From positions 462,777-526,776 of the forward strand of contig CAVVMW010000015.1 of assembly GCA_963749495.1 (NCBI GenBank): a stretch of DNA of 64,000 nt. The letters are read 5' to 3'. This document shows positions 29,570-39,916 of this stretch, piece by piece. How positions within the stretch are numbered: position 1 is the stretch's first letter; each line of letters begins with the position of its first letter. A model generated the notes under the pieces. That model searched no databases and was not told the DNA's origin. It was given only the letters and a program-made list of their open reading frames with translations. This DNA is from an uncultured bacterium (lineage in GTDB: Bacteria > Verrucomicrobiota > Verrucomicrobiia > Limisphaerales > UBA8199). The position numbers were made by a program, and so were the translations under genes.

Positions 29570-30619
29570 ATGAGCGCGCCACAACTATCGCGGAGACGTT
29601 TCCTGCAACAGACCACGGTTTCGGCCACGGCCAGCCTGCTAGCCAACACCAGTGGTCTTGCAGGCACCGATCCCGCTTCCCAAACGACGGACAACAAGGC
29701 TATAAGAGCCGGCATGAAAGTCGGTCTCTATAGCATCACCTATCTGGGGCTCTGGTATCGGGGAGAAGCGCTGACGCTGGAGGGCGTCATCGAGCGAGCC
29801 AGGAAATACGGCTATGACGGGGTTGAGATCGATGGCAAACGGCCGCACGGCAATCCGCTGGACATGCCCGCGCGCCGCTGCCGGGACCTGCGGTTGCGGG
29901 CGGAGTCGGCGGGCATCGAACTGTATTCGGTGGCCGCAAACAATGATTTGAGCAGCCCCATGCCCGAGGTCCGCGAATCGCAGATCGTCTATCTGCGGGA
30001 GCTGATTCGCATGGCGGGCGAACTGCGGGTCAAGACTGTGCGGGTCTTCCTGGCCTGGCCGGGTGTCACCAAACACCCGCAATTGGGCCGGTATGACCTC
30101 GCGCGCGGGTTTTGGAAAACCATCCACGAATCGTTCAGCCCTCAGGAGACCTGGGAGTGGTGCCGCGCCGGCCTGGCCGAGTGCGCCCGCTATGCCGGCG
30201 ATGCCGGCGTCAGCCTGGCGCTTCAAAACCACGCCCCGGTCATCAAGGACCATCAGGACGTTCTCCGGATGGTCCGGGAGGTCAATTCTCCCTATCTGAA
30301 GGTCAGCCTGGACGTGCCGATTATGCCGGACAAAAGCCCCGCGGTGATCCAGGCGGCTGCCCGTGCGGTGGGTCCCTTGCAAGTCCTCTCTCATTTTGGC
30401 GGCGAATACAAACGCCGGGCCGATGGTTCCATTAAAGGAGAGGCGTTTTATCCAATCTTCATCCAGGCGATGAAAGCTATCGGTTACGAAGGTTACATCG
30501 GTTTCGAGTTGTGCCATCCGTTGCCGGTCGTCAACGGTCAGACTATGGGCATCGAGTTCGTGGATGAGAACGCGCAGCTTGCCGCGGAGTATATGCGGGG
30601 GTTGATTCGCGCGAGTTGA
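29570..30619 (+). CDS. Tat-exported sugar phosphate isomerase/epimerase (TIM barrel)
   Basis: SRRRFL Tat motif, YGYDGVEI, LALQNH, GYEGYIGFE. Confidence 0.8.
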   Translation: MSAPQLSRRRFLQQTTVSATASLLANTSGLAGTDPASQTTDNKAIRAGMKVGLYSITYLGLWYRGEALTLEGVIERARKYGYDGVEIDGKRPHGNPLDMPARRCRDLRLRAESAGIELYSVAANNDLSSPMPEVRESQIVYLRELIRMAGELRVKTVRVFLAWPGVTKHPQLGRYDLARGFWKTIHESFSPQETWEWCRAGLAECARYAGDAGVSLALQNHAPVIKDHQDVLRMVREVNSPYLKVSLDVPIMPDKSPAVIQAAARAVGPLQVLSHFGGEYKRRADGSIKGEAFYPIFIQAMKAIGYEGYIGFELCHPLPVVNGQTMGIEFVDENAQLAAEYMRGLIRAS

Positions 30620-30727
30620 CGCGCCGCCAGGAGCATGCGCGAAGTGAGCGAGTGCCGATGGAACCGTTGAGCGGGCATTTGCCCGATTAGGCCGCCGACA
30701 CCGCCAACACCTTCAAGCATCGAAACC

Positions 30728-33709
30728 TCAACGCACGGCATAGACAAATCCATCAGCGCCAACCAAGAGGATGGACAGGCTCTCGCTCCGGCCGAGCACG
30801 GCGAGGCTCGGCGGACCCGTCTGGGCCGGCAACGGGAGACGCCAGAGGACGGAGCCTTCGGCGGGGGTGCGGCCGGCCCCCAGGCAGACGAGTTGTTGGC
30901 CGATGACGAACAGGGCTTCGTCCCGCCCGTCGCCGTTGAGATCGGCGCTGGTGGAGCCGATCACACTCCCGGGAGCAGGCATGGGCAGACGCCAGAGCAC
31001 CCGGCCGGTCGCGGCGTCGTAGCAGCGGATGCCATCGGGGTAGCCCGCGCCCATAGCCTCAAGGCGGCCCTGACCCGTAAAGTTGCCGAACACCGGCCAA
31101 TCCTGGGCGCTCTGGTCCAGGGCGTCCCACCAAACCAGTGAACCGTCCGTCCGGACCAGGCCGGTCATCGAACGGCCGCCGAAGAAGAGCGGCCGGCCCG
31201 TCCCCAGAAAATCACCGGCAATGGGCTGCCCCCAATAGACCGGTTGGGCGGGGACTTCCTTCCACGTTGCGTCCTTGGCAAGCAAGTCAGCGCCGGTATT
31301 GCCCTTGAGCAAGTAGAAGATGCTCGGGTGCAGCGAGGCGACATCCTCAAGGCCGTCGCCGTCGTAATCGGCCAGGGCAAAGGGCGTGCCGCCGACGCCG
31401 CGCTGGCTGATCTGCCGGTCGCGATGCCACAGCTCGCGGCCGTCCCGGCCGGACAGCAGCGCCGTTTCCTCGCTGTGCATCATCGAGCGCCGGATGGTCA
31501 CGAGAACATCCTGTCGCCGCGGGTCGGTGAAGTGGCCCGCTTGCCACAGGACAATCCCGCCCGTGTTCCACACCGGCGCGGTGCCGGGAATGTTCGGGAA
31601 ATCGTGCTGCCACAGCGCGCGCCCGGACAAGTCCAGGGCCTGCAAGCGCGCAAAACCGCCGGGGCTGGCGGCCGCAAGGAGGAGCGCTCTTCGCCCGTCG
31701 CCCGCAAGGTCCGCGACGACTGGCCCGAGGGTTTCCGGCCAGCTCGTGCCCTGGCCGCGTCCGGCGATGCGCGCGAGCTTCCCCGGCCGTCCAGCGCGGG
31801 CGTATCCCGACACCGCCCCCAACGGCTGCGGCGAGATGGGAGTGCGCCCGTCCTCGGGCGCAGCGATGTCCGCAGCCAGGGCAACTGTGAAGTACTCCGG
31901 CGCGCCTGCCCGCTCCGTCGCCGCTGCGCCCGGGGACGGGCGCACTCCGGGGGCAGTGTCGGGATACGCCTGTCCAGCGCCGCGCGGCGGATGAAACGCG
32001 ACCACCTCTTCACCGTGGCCCTGGACGATGATTGTGGGTTCCTTCGCGTCATCCGGCCAGGCGACAGCGGCGGGCCCTGGAACGCCCCCGATGCGCCTGG
32101 TCGCCAGCAGCGTGGCTTTCGCCCCCACAACTTGCAATCGAGTGGCTTCACCGGGCTGATAATCGACTCGAACCAGCAGCCGATCTGAACGGTCCAGCCC
32201 GACGGCCTGCAGCCCTTGGCCGGCAACGGACATTACGCGCTGGAAGCCTCGGCCGCCCCACCTCGCCGTCGAGAGGGTGACGAGGCCGGTTCCGCGGTCT
32301 TTTGCCTCGCGGATGGCAATGGTCACGCCCTGCGGCCCCCGCCGGCTTATGACGGTAGCGCGCCCCAAGGTCGCCGTGCTTTGCACGTTGGCGGGCAGGG
32401 GCGGTTCCCAGGTCTCCCAGGCGGCATCTTCTTTCTGCCAAAGAGTCGTGAAGCGGTTTCCCTCGAGGGAGTGAACTCGAATCGCGCCGAATTTCGGCAC
32501 ACCGGCGCCCGTAGCGCGGACCGTGAGCAGTTGGCTCACGCCCCGGCCCTCCAGGTCCAGCAGCCCCGCAAGATACTCGTCCGGCAGTTCCGCCTTGACG
32601 CGCCCGGTCAGCGCCTCGTGTACGGTTACCCGCCACCGCTGGTCGCCGCGTTCGTTGAAGATCGTAGTCAAGACCTCATCTTGGCCGTCTCCATCCACAT
32701 CTGCCACCGGGTTGGGCCCCACGCGGAGAATCTTCTGCGGGTTGGAGATGTCGGCTTCCACGTTCCGCTGCCAAAGCAGGCCCAGCTTCCCGTTGCGAAA
32801 GCCAAGCACGTCAACGTGCTTCGAGAAATCGGCCTGAACCAGGAACTCCGTCCGTCCGTCATGCTCGAAATCGTAGGCGCCAAAGAAGCCATAGCTGCGC
32901 GTGTCGGTGAACCGGCAGCGATCCTTGATGGCCCCCGTCCGCGCATCCAGCAGCAGCAACTCATGAAAAGGCAGAATGGCAATCTCCGGTCTGCCGTCCC
33001 CATCGAAATCCCCCACCAGCGGCAGCGGCTGGAACAGGAGATCGATTGGCTGCGTCTCCCAAACCTGGACCCACTTGCCTTCACGCCGTGCGAAACAACG
33101 GCCAACGCACTTCTGCCATTGGCCGTTGACGGTGGGTTTGGCAAAGCCGCTCTCGAATTCGATCTTCTCGGGGCCCGGCTCCTCGGGCAGCACATCGGCA
33201 TAGGCCGTGGTCGCGGAGCGGAGTTCGTTCTCGCCCAAATCCGATTTCGGGAGGAAATCCTCCTCCACCAGGCCGGGTGAGACGGAGCCAGGCTCAACCT
33301 CCGCCAACGGCAGAACCAACCGGCGCTGCCCTGGAGCGGGCTCCAGCACAATTCGGCCCTCGAGAACGCCCACGAACTGCCGCCAGACGATCCGCGGCGA
33401 CACTATGCTGCCGCGCGCAGGAGAATGCGCCTGGAGCGAGCCGTCCCGGCGGTAGGCCGGCCATTCCTCGGGCACTGGGAAGGCGCGCGAAGGCGGTGCG
33501 GCAGGGCTCGCGAATGTGAGCAGCAAGGACGCTGCCGCTGTGGCCGACAGCCCAAGGAGAGCAGCGCCTGGCCGCCTCCGTGTTCGTTGAATGCCCCCGT
33601 CAACGGGGTCTTTGGCCGGTTCCGCAACCGACGCCGCATAATCGCGCATGACTCGCACTATACGCATAACCGCGTCCCGCCGCACCACCGGAAGCTTCCA
33701 GGGCGGCAC
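30728..33709 (-). CDS. Large secreted FG-GAP/beta-propeller repeat protein carrying an in-frame MITE (start uncertain)
   Basis: Repeated GDFDGDGRPEI / ADVDGDGQDEV / ADYDGDGLEDV / ADLNGDGRDEA Ca-binding motifs. Confidence 0.8.
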   Translation of the reverse strand: MPPWKLPVVRRDAVMRIVRVMRDYAASVAEPAKDPVDGGIQRTRRRPGAALLGLSATAAASLLLTFASPAAPPSRAFPVPEEWPAYRRDGSLQAHSPARGSIVSPRIVWRQFVGVLEGRIVLEPAPGQRRLVLPLAEVEPGSVSPGLVEEDFLPKSDLGENELRSATTAYADVLPEEPGPEKIEFESGFAKPTVNGQWQKCVGRCFARREGKWVQVWETQPIDLLFQPLPLVGDFDGDGRPEIAILPFHELLLLDARTGAIKDRCRFTDTRSYGFFGAYDFEHDGRTEFLVQADFSKHVDVLGFRNGKLGLLWQRNVEADISNPQKILRVGPNPVADVDGDGQDEVLTTIFNERGDQRWRVTVHEALTGRVKAELPDEYLAGLLDLEGRGVSQLLTVRATGAGVPKFGAIRVHSLEGNRFTTLWQKEDAAWETWEPPLPANVQSTATLGRATVISRRGPQGVTIAIREAKDRGTGLVTLSTARWGGRGFQRVMSVAGQGLQAVGLDRSDRLLVRVDYQPGEATRLQVVGAKATLLATRRIGGVPGPAAVAWPDDAKEPTIIVQGHGEEVVAFHPPRGAGQAYPDTAPGVRPSPGAAATERAGAPEYFTVALAADIAAPEDGRTPISPQPLGAVSGYARAGRPGKLARIAGRGQGTSWPETLGPVVADLAGDGRRALLLAAASPGGFARLQALDLSGRALWQHDFPNIPGTAPVWNTGGIVLWQAGHFTDPRRQDVLVTIRRSMMHSEETALLSGRDGRELWHRDRQISQRGVGGTPFALADYDGDGLEDVASLHPSIFYLLKGNTGADLLAKDATWKEVPAQPVYWGQPIAGDFLGTGRPLFFGGRSMTGLVRTDGSLVWWDALDQSAQDWPVFGNFTGQGRLEAMGAGYPDGIRCYDAATGRVLWRLPMPAPGSVIGSTSADLNGDGRDEALFVIGQQLVCLGAGRTPAEGSVLWRLPLPAQTGPPSLAVLGRSESLSILLVGADGFVYAVR
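31798..31971. mobile_element. 174-bp MITE with TIRs and 9-bp TSD, in frame within a CDS
   Basis: TIR RGGCGTATCCCGACAC(C/T)GCCCCC; TSD GTCCAGCGC at 31789-31797 and 31972-31980. Confidence 0.88.
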
Positions 33710-33753
33710 TGCAGGGTTGAAATCGCGAAAGACTCCCGGCAGGTTATGCCATT

Positions 33754-34041
33754 ATGACGCGAACGAGCATCATGCTGCCAGAGGACGTGAAGCGGCGGGC
33801 CATGGCCGAGGCGCGGAAATTGAAGATTTCGTTCGCTGATTTCGTCCGCCAGGCTGTGACGGAGAAACTGCCGCGTGAAGGCAAAGGCGTGGACCGCCTC
33901 AAGCAGCGCAGACAGGACCCGTTGTTCCGGTTATTGGACCACCGCACGCTGGTGAGAAGCGACGCGGCCACTGACATCGCCGCGCGGCACGATGACTACC
34001 TTTACGGCGAACAAGTCAACTCACAACGTGACATCGCCTGA
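33754..34041 (+). CDS. CopG/ribbon-helix-helix antitoxin-like protein (no toxin partner)
   Basis: MTRTSIMLPEDVKRRAMAEARKLKISFADFVRQAV; DIAARHDDYLYG tail. Confidence 0.7.
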   Translation: MTRTSIMLPEDVKRRAMAEARKLKISFADFVRQAVTEKLPREGKGVDRLKQRRQDPLFRLLDHRTLVRSDAATDIAARHDDYLYGEQVNSQRDIA

Positions 34042-34065
34042 TTCGAAAGGACCTCCGCAGCGTCA

Positions 34066-36071
34066 TCATCTGGCCGGCTCACCCGGGCTCTTGGACTCTA
34101 TCTGCACGCCCTCGATCAGCGCTTGCAGGCGGTCGAGGTCAAAGTACTTGAAGAAATCCAGGCAGAACAACTCGGGGGCCTGGGAAAACTGGACCGGCGT
34201 TTCCAGAAGGCAGGACAGGCTCTTGGCTCCGTCGCGGATGGCAATCTCGGAGAACAGGCCGGGCTCGAGGGCGGCGGCGGCGAGGACCGCCACCTGGTGG
34301 CGCAAACCGGCGCTTTCCACGCGCACCGGTGCTCCACCGGCTCGGCCGCGCATCCACCGGGTGATCTCGAGCAATTGTCCCACCATGATGCCCAGCGGGC
34401 GCTCGCCCAGCCCGTGAATGAGCTGCGCGTATTCGGGCACGGGCACGTCCCGCCAGGCGTCGCCGAAGAAGGCCAGGTCCAGCGCCAGAACCTGGTCGCC
34501 CTTGTTGACCCGGGCCGCGACCGGGGCGGCGCTTTCCTTCTTGCCCTTGTCATTCAGGACAAGCGTCACCGTCGCGTTCTCCGGGCAACCCATCAGGCGC
34601 GTGAGCACGCCATTTGCCGAAAGACCGTTCCCGAAGTCGAACACATAGCAGATGCTCTCCACGCCCCCGTTCTTGGTGCTGGCCACCGGCCAAGGCGCGG
34701 CAAGAGCGGGCGGTTTGTGCCGGATCACCTCTTTGAGCCGAGCCCGCTCTGCCAGAACCCATCGCCCGCGCTCAGACTTGTTCGTGGGGATCGGGGTGCG
34801 CGCTATTTCCCGGCCCAGTTTTTGCGCCAGACCCAGGATGGTGAGGTTGTTCGTTGGCAACCCCACGGTGAGGTCGCTGTAGCTTTTGAGTTCTGCATCC
34901 AGATTCCCTTCCTCCGCAAACGGGGGCAGATGAAAGTGTGCGGCGAAGAAGCGATAAGCTGCCAGCCGGTTGTCTTTCTGGTAATTGTGGGTTCCCGGAT
35001 CCAGGTTCTCGTGCCACTGCAGGGCCTCCCCAGCTCCATAAAGTTCGAAGAGCGGGCGCATCGCGTCGAAGACCAGCGGCTTCACCAGCGGCGCCCGGAA
35101 ACAGCAATCATCCTCGGCATTATAGATCAGCAGCGTCGGGCGGGGCGCGCAAAGGCCCACCAGGTGCGTGTAGTCGGCCTGGACGAAGAAGTCGGTCGGG
35201 GCTTGCTCAACGTCGCCCAGATCGCCATAGCGTTTGGCCTCGATCCTCGAGGCGAGCGAGGAGAAGCCGGCCACGGGGGCCGTGGCCTTGATCCGCGTAT
35301 CGAGAGCGCTCAGCATGATCGTCTGCCACCCGCCGCCCGACAGGCCGGTCATCCCGATCCGCTCGCGGTCCACCAGGGGATGATTGTAGAGGTAGTCGAG
35401 CCCCGGCGCATAGCCAGGTAGAACAGGCCCAGTTCGTGCGCGCCAACCAGGTCCAGGTGCGCGCCGTACCAGTGCTGGTTCTCACTTTGTGAGAGTTCGC
35501 CAAAGCTGAGCCATTCCAGGTTCAGGGCCAGAATGCCCTGTTTGGCAAACTGGATGCACCGCTTCTGCTTGTACTCGACGGTTTTCCCGGGCGCCCCCAC
35601 ATGCCCATTGACATTCAAAATGGCTGGTGAGCCGCGCTGGGCGCCCTCCGGCTCGTAGAGAAGCGCCGCCGAGCAAAACCCCGGCACGATCTCGTAGCGC
35701 AGCTTGCGGATCCGGTATCCCTTGCCGGTCTCGATGACTCCCGTCTCCTCGAACCGCGCCGGGGCCTCGACAATGTCTCGCGGCCAACCATGATAAACCA
35801 CATCGTTGAGCCAGTGCTCGCGGAGCCGGTTTGCCTCCTGGCTCCACTGGCTGGCCGACGCTGCCGAAGGCGGCTGCGCCACAAGATTCACCAAATAATG
35901 GCGCACCTGATACACCGAGACGCTCGGCGAGACGAGTTCCTCGCCCAGGACCCCGGCCAGTTGCTTGGGCTCAATCTGGCCGAGGCAGGCCAACGGGCCC
36001 AAGAAGGGCAGAATGGCGGCCAGGAGCGCCGGAATCGGAAGTCGAAGGCGAAAGATATGCATATGCGACAT
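34066..36071 (-). CDS. Alpha/beta hydrolase, acetylxylan-esterase-like (frameshift near 35400)
   Basis: LNVNGH, RIGMTGLSGGG nucleophile elbow, LCAPRPTL; split over two ORFs. Confidence 0.75.
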
Positions 36072-36192
36072 GAAATCGGCCCATGCTGGCCCTACAACGG
36101 CGGTTGACTCAAGCATTGTTTTCACATTAAGGTGTTGAAATTGCGCAAACATCGTGGCGGGAATGTCCCGCCCACAACCAGGACAAGAAAAC

Positions 36193-36996
36193 ATGAAACG
36201 ACGCGAATTCCTCAAAACCTCCCTTGCGGCTTCTGCACTCACCGGCCTCAGCCCCCTCGGGGTTCAAACGGGCGCGGCCCAGCCCACGGGCGGCGCGGCT
36301 CAGGAGTATTACGAACTGCGGGCCTACCGCTTCAAAGAGGGCGCCAGCCATGAGCTGCTGGACGGTTATCTCGAGAAGGCGGCCATTCCAGCGCTGAACC
36401 GGCTGGGCCTCAAACCAATCGGGGTGTTCACGGAGCTTGAGCCCAAGGGGCCTGCATCCGTCTATGTGCTCATTCCTTATCCCTCGCTCGATTCTTTTGC
36501 CACCGCCGCCTCGCGCCTGAACGCGGACGGCGAGTACCAGCAGGCCGGCGCGGCCTACCTGCAGGCGCCCAAATCCAATCCTGCGTTCGAGCGGATCAAT
36601 AGTTGGCTGATGCTCGCCTTCGCCGGCCAGCCCAAGCTCAAATTGGCTTCGTACTCGCTCGAGAGGAGACCGCGGGTCTTCGAATTGCGCAGCTACCAGA
36701 GCCATAGTGAACTCAAGGCGCTCAAGAAGGTCGAGATGTTCAACTCGGGCGAAATCGAGGTGATGCACGAGGTCGGCCTGGCTCCTGTCTTCTACGGGCA
36801 GGTCCTGTCGGGCAAGGACTTGCCGCACCTGACTTACATGCTCTCCGCCGAGGACCGGGAAGCGCACAAGCAGCATTTCGATGCCTTCGGCAAGCATCCG
36901 ACCTGGAACAAACTCAAGAACGATCCTCAATACGCCGACACGGTGTCGAAGGTCTCGAATTGGTTCTTGGCGCCAGCCCCCTGCTCGCAGATCTGA
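36193..36996 (+). CDS. Tat-exported NIPSNAP family protein
   Basis: MKRREFL, YYELRAY and VFELRSY duplicated NIPSNAP domains. Confidence 0.82.
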   Translation: MKRREFLKTSLAASALTGLSPLGVQTGAAQPTGGAAQEYYELRAYRFKEGASHELLDGYLEKAAIPALNRLGLKPIGVFTELEPKGPASVYVLIPYPSLDSFATAASRLNADGEYQQAGAAYLQAPKSNPAFERINSWLMLAFAGQPKLKLASYSLERRPRVFELRSYQSHSELKALKKVEMFNSGEIEVMHEVGLAPVFYGQVLSGKDLPHLTYMLSAEDREAHKQHFDAFGKHPTWNKLKNDPQYADTVSKVSNWFLAPAPCSQI

Positions 36997-37029
36997 GCCG
37001 CCTGGACGGTGGAGGCACTCTCTGAGAAA

Positions 37030-37147
37030 CTAGCGAGGCAGGGCCTCAGACCGTGGCTTGGGCATCTTGCCCAAGCCACCACGGGCAGGATGCCCGTGCC
37101 ACGAACTTGACCTCTCTGCATCATGTTTTGAAATTCAAGGATTCTAG
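37030..37147. mobile_element. 118-bp CTAG-bounded REP-containing miniature element, copy 1 (at tal stop codon)
   Basis: CTAG at both ends; ~10 mismatches to the reverse complement of 60388-60505. Confidence 0.85.
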
Positions 37148-38230
37148 GCGGCCTGCTGGAGCGCGGCGCTCTTGGAGGCGATTACTGCCAGCAGTTCATT
37201 CCAGGATTTCACAAACGACTTCGCGCCCTCGTCCTGCAGTTGAGCAGCCAGAGCGTCCAGGTCGACCCCAGCCCGGGCGAACTGCGCCAAGACGGTTTCA
37301 CAATCCCCGCCGTCCATGGGCATGCTGGGGCCGGCCTCGCCGTGATCGGCAAGAGCTTTCAAAGTGGCCTCGGGCATCGTGTTGACCGTGAACGGCGCCG
37401 CGAGGGTTTTGATGTATAGCGTGTCAGACGCCTTCGGGTCCTTGGTTCCGGTGCTGGCCCAGAGCAACCGCTGAGGGACAGCGCCTTCGTTGCACGCGCG
37501 CTGCCAGCGTGGCGAACCGAGCAGGCCCAGGCAGGCCTTGTAGGTTCGGCGGGCAATGGCAATGCCAAGCTGATTGTTCAGCGCCGCCGGCACCTTGCCT
37601 GCCACCGCAGCGTCCCAGCGGCTGATAAATACTGACGCCACAGAACCGACCTTCGGATTGAGCCCGGCAGCGATACGCCGTTCGACGCCGCGCAGGTGCG
37701 CCTCGGCCGCCGCCACGTAATGCTCGCGAGAAAAAAGGAGTGTCACGTTGACAGGCACGCCCGCAAAAATCGCCTCCTCGATCGCGGGCAGACCTTCCCG
37801 GGTGCCGGGAATCTTGATGAACAGGTTGGGAACGTTTCGCGCGTGCGAAGAGTTCCTTGGCTTCGTCCAGAGTGCTCGTGGTGTCATGCGCCAGGAGCGG
37901 TGAGACTTCCAGCGATACCCAGCCGTCCACGCCATTCGTCCGGTCGTGAACCGGCCGGAACAGGTCGGCGGCTTGGGTAATATCCTCAAGGGCCAGCTCG
38001 AAAAAGAGGTTCTCGCTGGATTTCCCCGTCGCCAAGCCATCGAGAATCGCGCCGTCGTAAGCGCGGCTGGTTTTGATGGCATGATCAAAAATGGTCGGAT
38101 TCGAGGTCAACCCGGTCACCGACAGGTCGTCAATGTACCGCTTGAGCGTGCCGTTGTTCAGCAGGTCGCGGGTGATGTTGTCGAGCCAGAGGCTCTGGCC
38201 CAGGTTGTGCAGCAGTTGTGTCGCTTTCAT
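37144..38230 (-). CDS. tal: Transaldolase (frameshift near 37835)
   Basis: GQSLWLDNI, GLTSNPTIF, VSLEVSP, LFIKIPGT, NVTLLFS, SVFISR, LWASTGTK, VNTMP. Confidence 0.92.
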
Positions 38231-38349
38231 ATTCTTGGCAACACGTCGGGGTCGTCATCCACCGTCCAGATCACCGGCTTGGCCATACCAGTCTCTATCC
38301 GCTAACAGTCCCAGTAAGTCAACGCGAATCCCTGCAGCAGCACGGCCAG

Positions 38350-38649
38350 GGGCGCGTCCCGACCACCGCCCCCGGAGCGCCGGGGACAGCGCCAGGATGC
38401 GCCCCAGGGCCGAAGGCCCGCCATGTGATAGCCCGGGCTGGAGCGGAGCGGAGGCCCGGGCAAGCCAGCGCCCCTCGAAAAGCCCCGGGCTGTAAGGCCG
38501 GGACCTCATGGCGCCCATAGCAGGGCGCGCCAGATTCTGGCCCGATGACCTGGGCCTCCGCTCGCAAGCTCGCTCCAGCCCAGGCTGTCACATTTCGGGC
38601 TTTCAGCCCGGGGACGGGCGCACTCCGGGGGCAGCGCCAGGATGCGCCC
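38350..38649. mobile_element. Composite MITE related to the 31798 element, with a nested REP-like palindrome
   Basis: Ends GGGCGCGTCCCGAC.../...GGGGGCAGCGCCAGGATGCGCCC; near-perfect 9-bp TSD CACGGCCAG / CACGGCCGG; shares CCCGGGGACGGGCGCACTCCGGGGGCAG with the 31.9-kb copy. Confidence 0.7.
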
Positions 38650-38692
38650 CACGGCCGGCCAAACACCCGGTCGCGACCGGGCTGCCGGGAGT

Positions 38693-38731
38693 TGTCACGC
38701 ATTTGTAACCTGATGGACATGTTCCTGTAAC
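38693..38731 (+). promoter_or_regulatory. Pho-box-like array upstream of phoU-pst
   Basis: TGTCAC/TGTAAC/GGACAT/TGTAAC at exact 11-bp period (38693, 38704, 38715, 38726). Confidence 0.8.
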
Positions 38732-38797
38732 CGGCGTCCTTCAGTTTGGCCGTGACCGTTCCAAACCGGCGGGAGCCAGTTTGACGGGAGACCCAGA

Positions 38798-39916
38798 TTG
38801 AACACACATCCGCATTTGGAAGAGACGCTGCAGCGGGACATCGATCTCATCCGCAGCAAGGTCGCCGGGATGGCCGCCCTGAGCGAGCGAGCGATCGAGG
38901 CGAGTCTCCAGGCGCTGGCCACGAGAAACCGGCAGTTGGCCTATTCAATCATTCTTGGGGACCGCTTCATCGATGAACTGGAGACGGAGCTGGATCGGCT
39001 TTGCCTGGAGTTCCTGGTTCGCCACCAGCCGGCAGCCGGCCACTTGCGGTTTGTCTTTGCGGCCATCCTGATCAACCGGGAACTCGAGCGCATCGGCGAT
39101 TACGCCGAGAGCATCGCGCGGCAGGTCCTGGTGGTGAGCACCCTGGAGCCTCAGCCGCCCTACGGCAGGTTCCTCGACCTCGGGAGATTCTCCATACGGA
39201 TGCTCCGGGAGGCGGTGAGGTCCTTTCTGGAGCAGGACGCCGAGTTGGCGTCGCGGACGATGCCCCTCGAGGAGCAGGGCAACTCGATGCGCAACTCGAT
39301 CAACGCGGAGATCAGGGAACTCATCGAGTCAAGGAGGCTTCCGGCGGCAAGTGCCGGTCACCTTGCGACCATTGCGCGGCGGCTGGAGCGCGTCACCGAT
39401 CAGGCCAAAAACCTGTGTGAAGAGGTGCTCTACATGTGCACCGGAGAGTTCGTCAAACACAGAGGCGCCGAGGAGTGCCGCATCTTGTTTCTTGATTCCA
39501 ACAACAATTGTCTGGGCCCGATGGCTGAAGGCCTTGCGAGGGCGATGCGTCTGCCTGGCTTCCTGTTCACCGCCGCCGCAGTTTCCCCCAGGCCGGTGGA
39601 GGCGCGAACGGTTCAATTTATGGCCGGAAAGGACATCGATATTTCCGGGCAGACCACCAGGGCCATCCAGGAGGCCTCGCCCTTGGAGCAGTACCAGGTC
39701 ATTATCGCCCTGGACGCCAAGGCTCGGGACGCGCTTCCGCTCCGGCTCGGCAAGACCATCCTTTTCACCTGGCCAATCCAGGACCCTTCCGAGGTGAATG
39801 GCGCACCGGAGACCGTGAGGGCCACCTTTGAGTCAGCCTGCCAGGCCCTGGAAGCTCAACTCCAGGAGTTGGCCGGAGCAATTCTGCAAGAACCGCACTC
39901 GGAACTCAAACCATGA
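38798..39916 (+). CDS. phoU: PhoU fused to an LMW-PTP/ArsC-like domain
   Basis: ELERIGDYA and RRLERVTDQAKN PhoU repeats; C-terminal ILFLD...MAEG...WPIQDP. Confidence 0.85.
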   Translation: MNTHPHLEETLQRDIDLIRSKVAGMAALSERAIEASLQALATRNRQLAYSIILGDRFIDELETELDRLCLEFLVRHQPAAGHLRFVFAAILINRELERIGDYAESIARQVLVVSTLEPQPPYGRFLDLGRFSIRMLREAVRSFLEQDAELASRTMPLEEQGNSMRNSINAEIRELIESRRLPAASAGHLATIARRLERVTDQAKNLCEEVLYMCTGEFVKHRGAEECRILFLDSNNNCLGPMAEGLARAMRLPGFLFTAAAVSPRPVEARTVQFMAGKDIDISGQTTRAIQEASPLEQYQVIIALDAKARDALPLRLGKTILFTWPIQDPSEVNGAPETVRATFESACQALEAQLQELAGAILQEPHSELKP

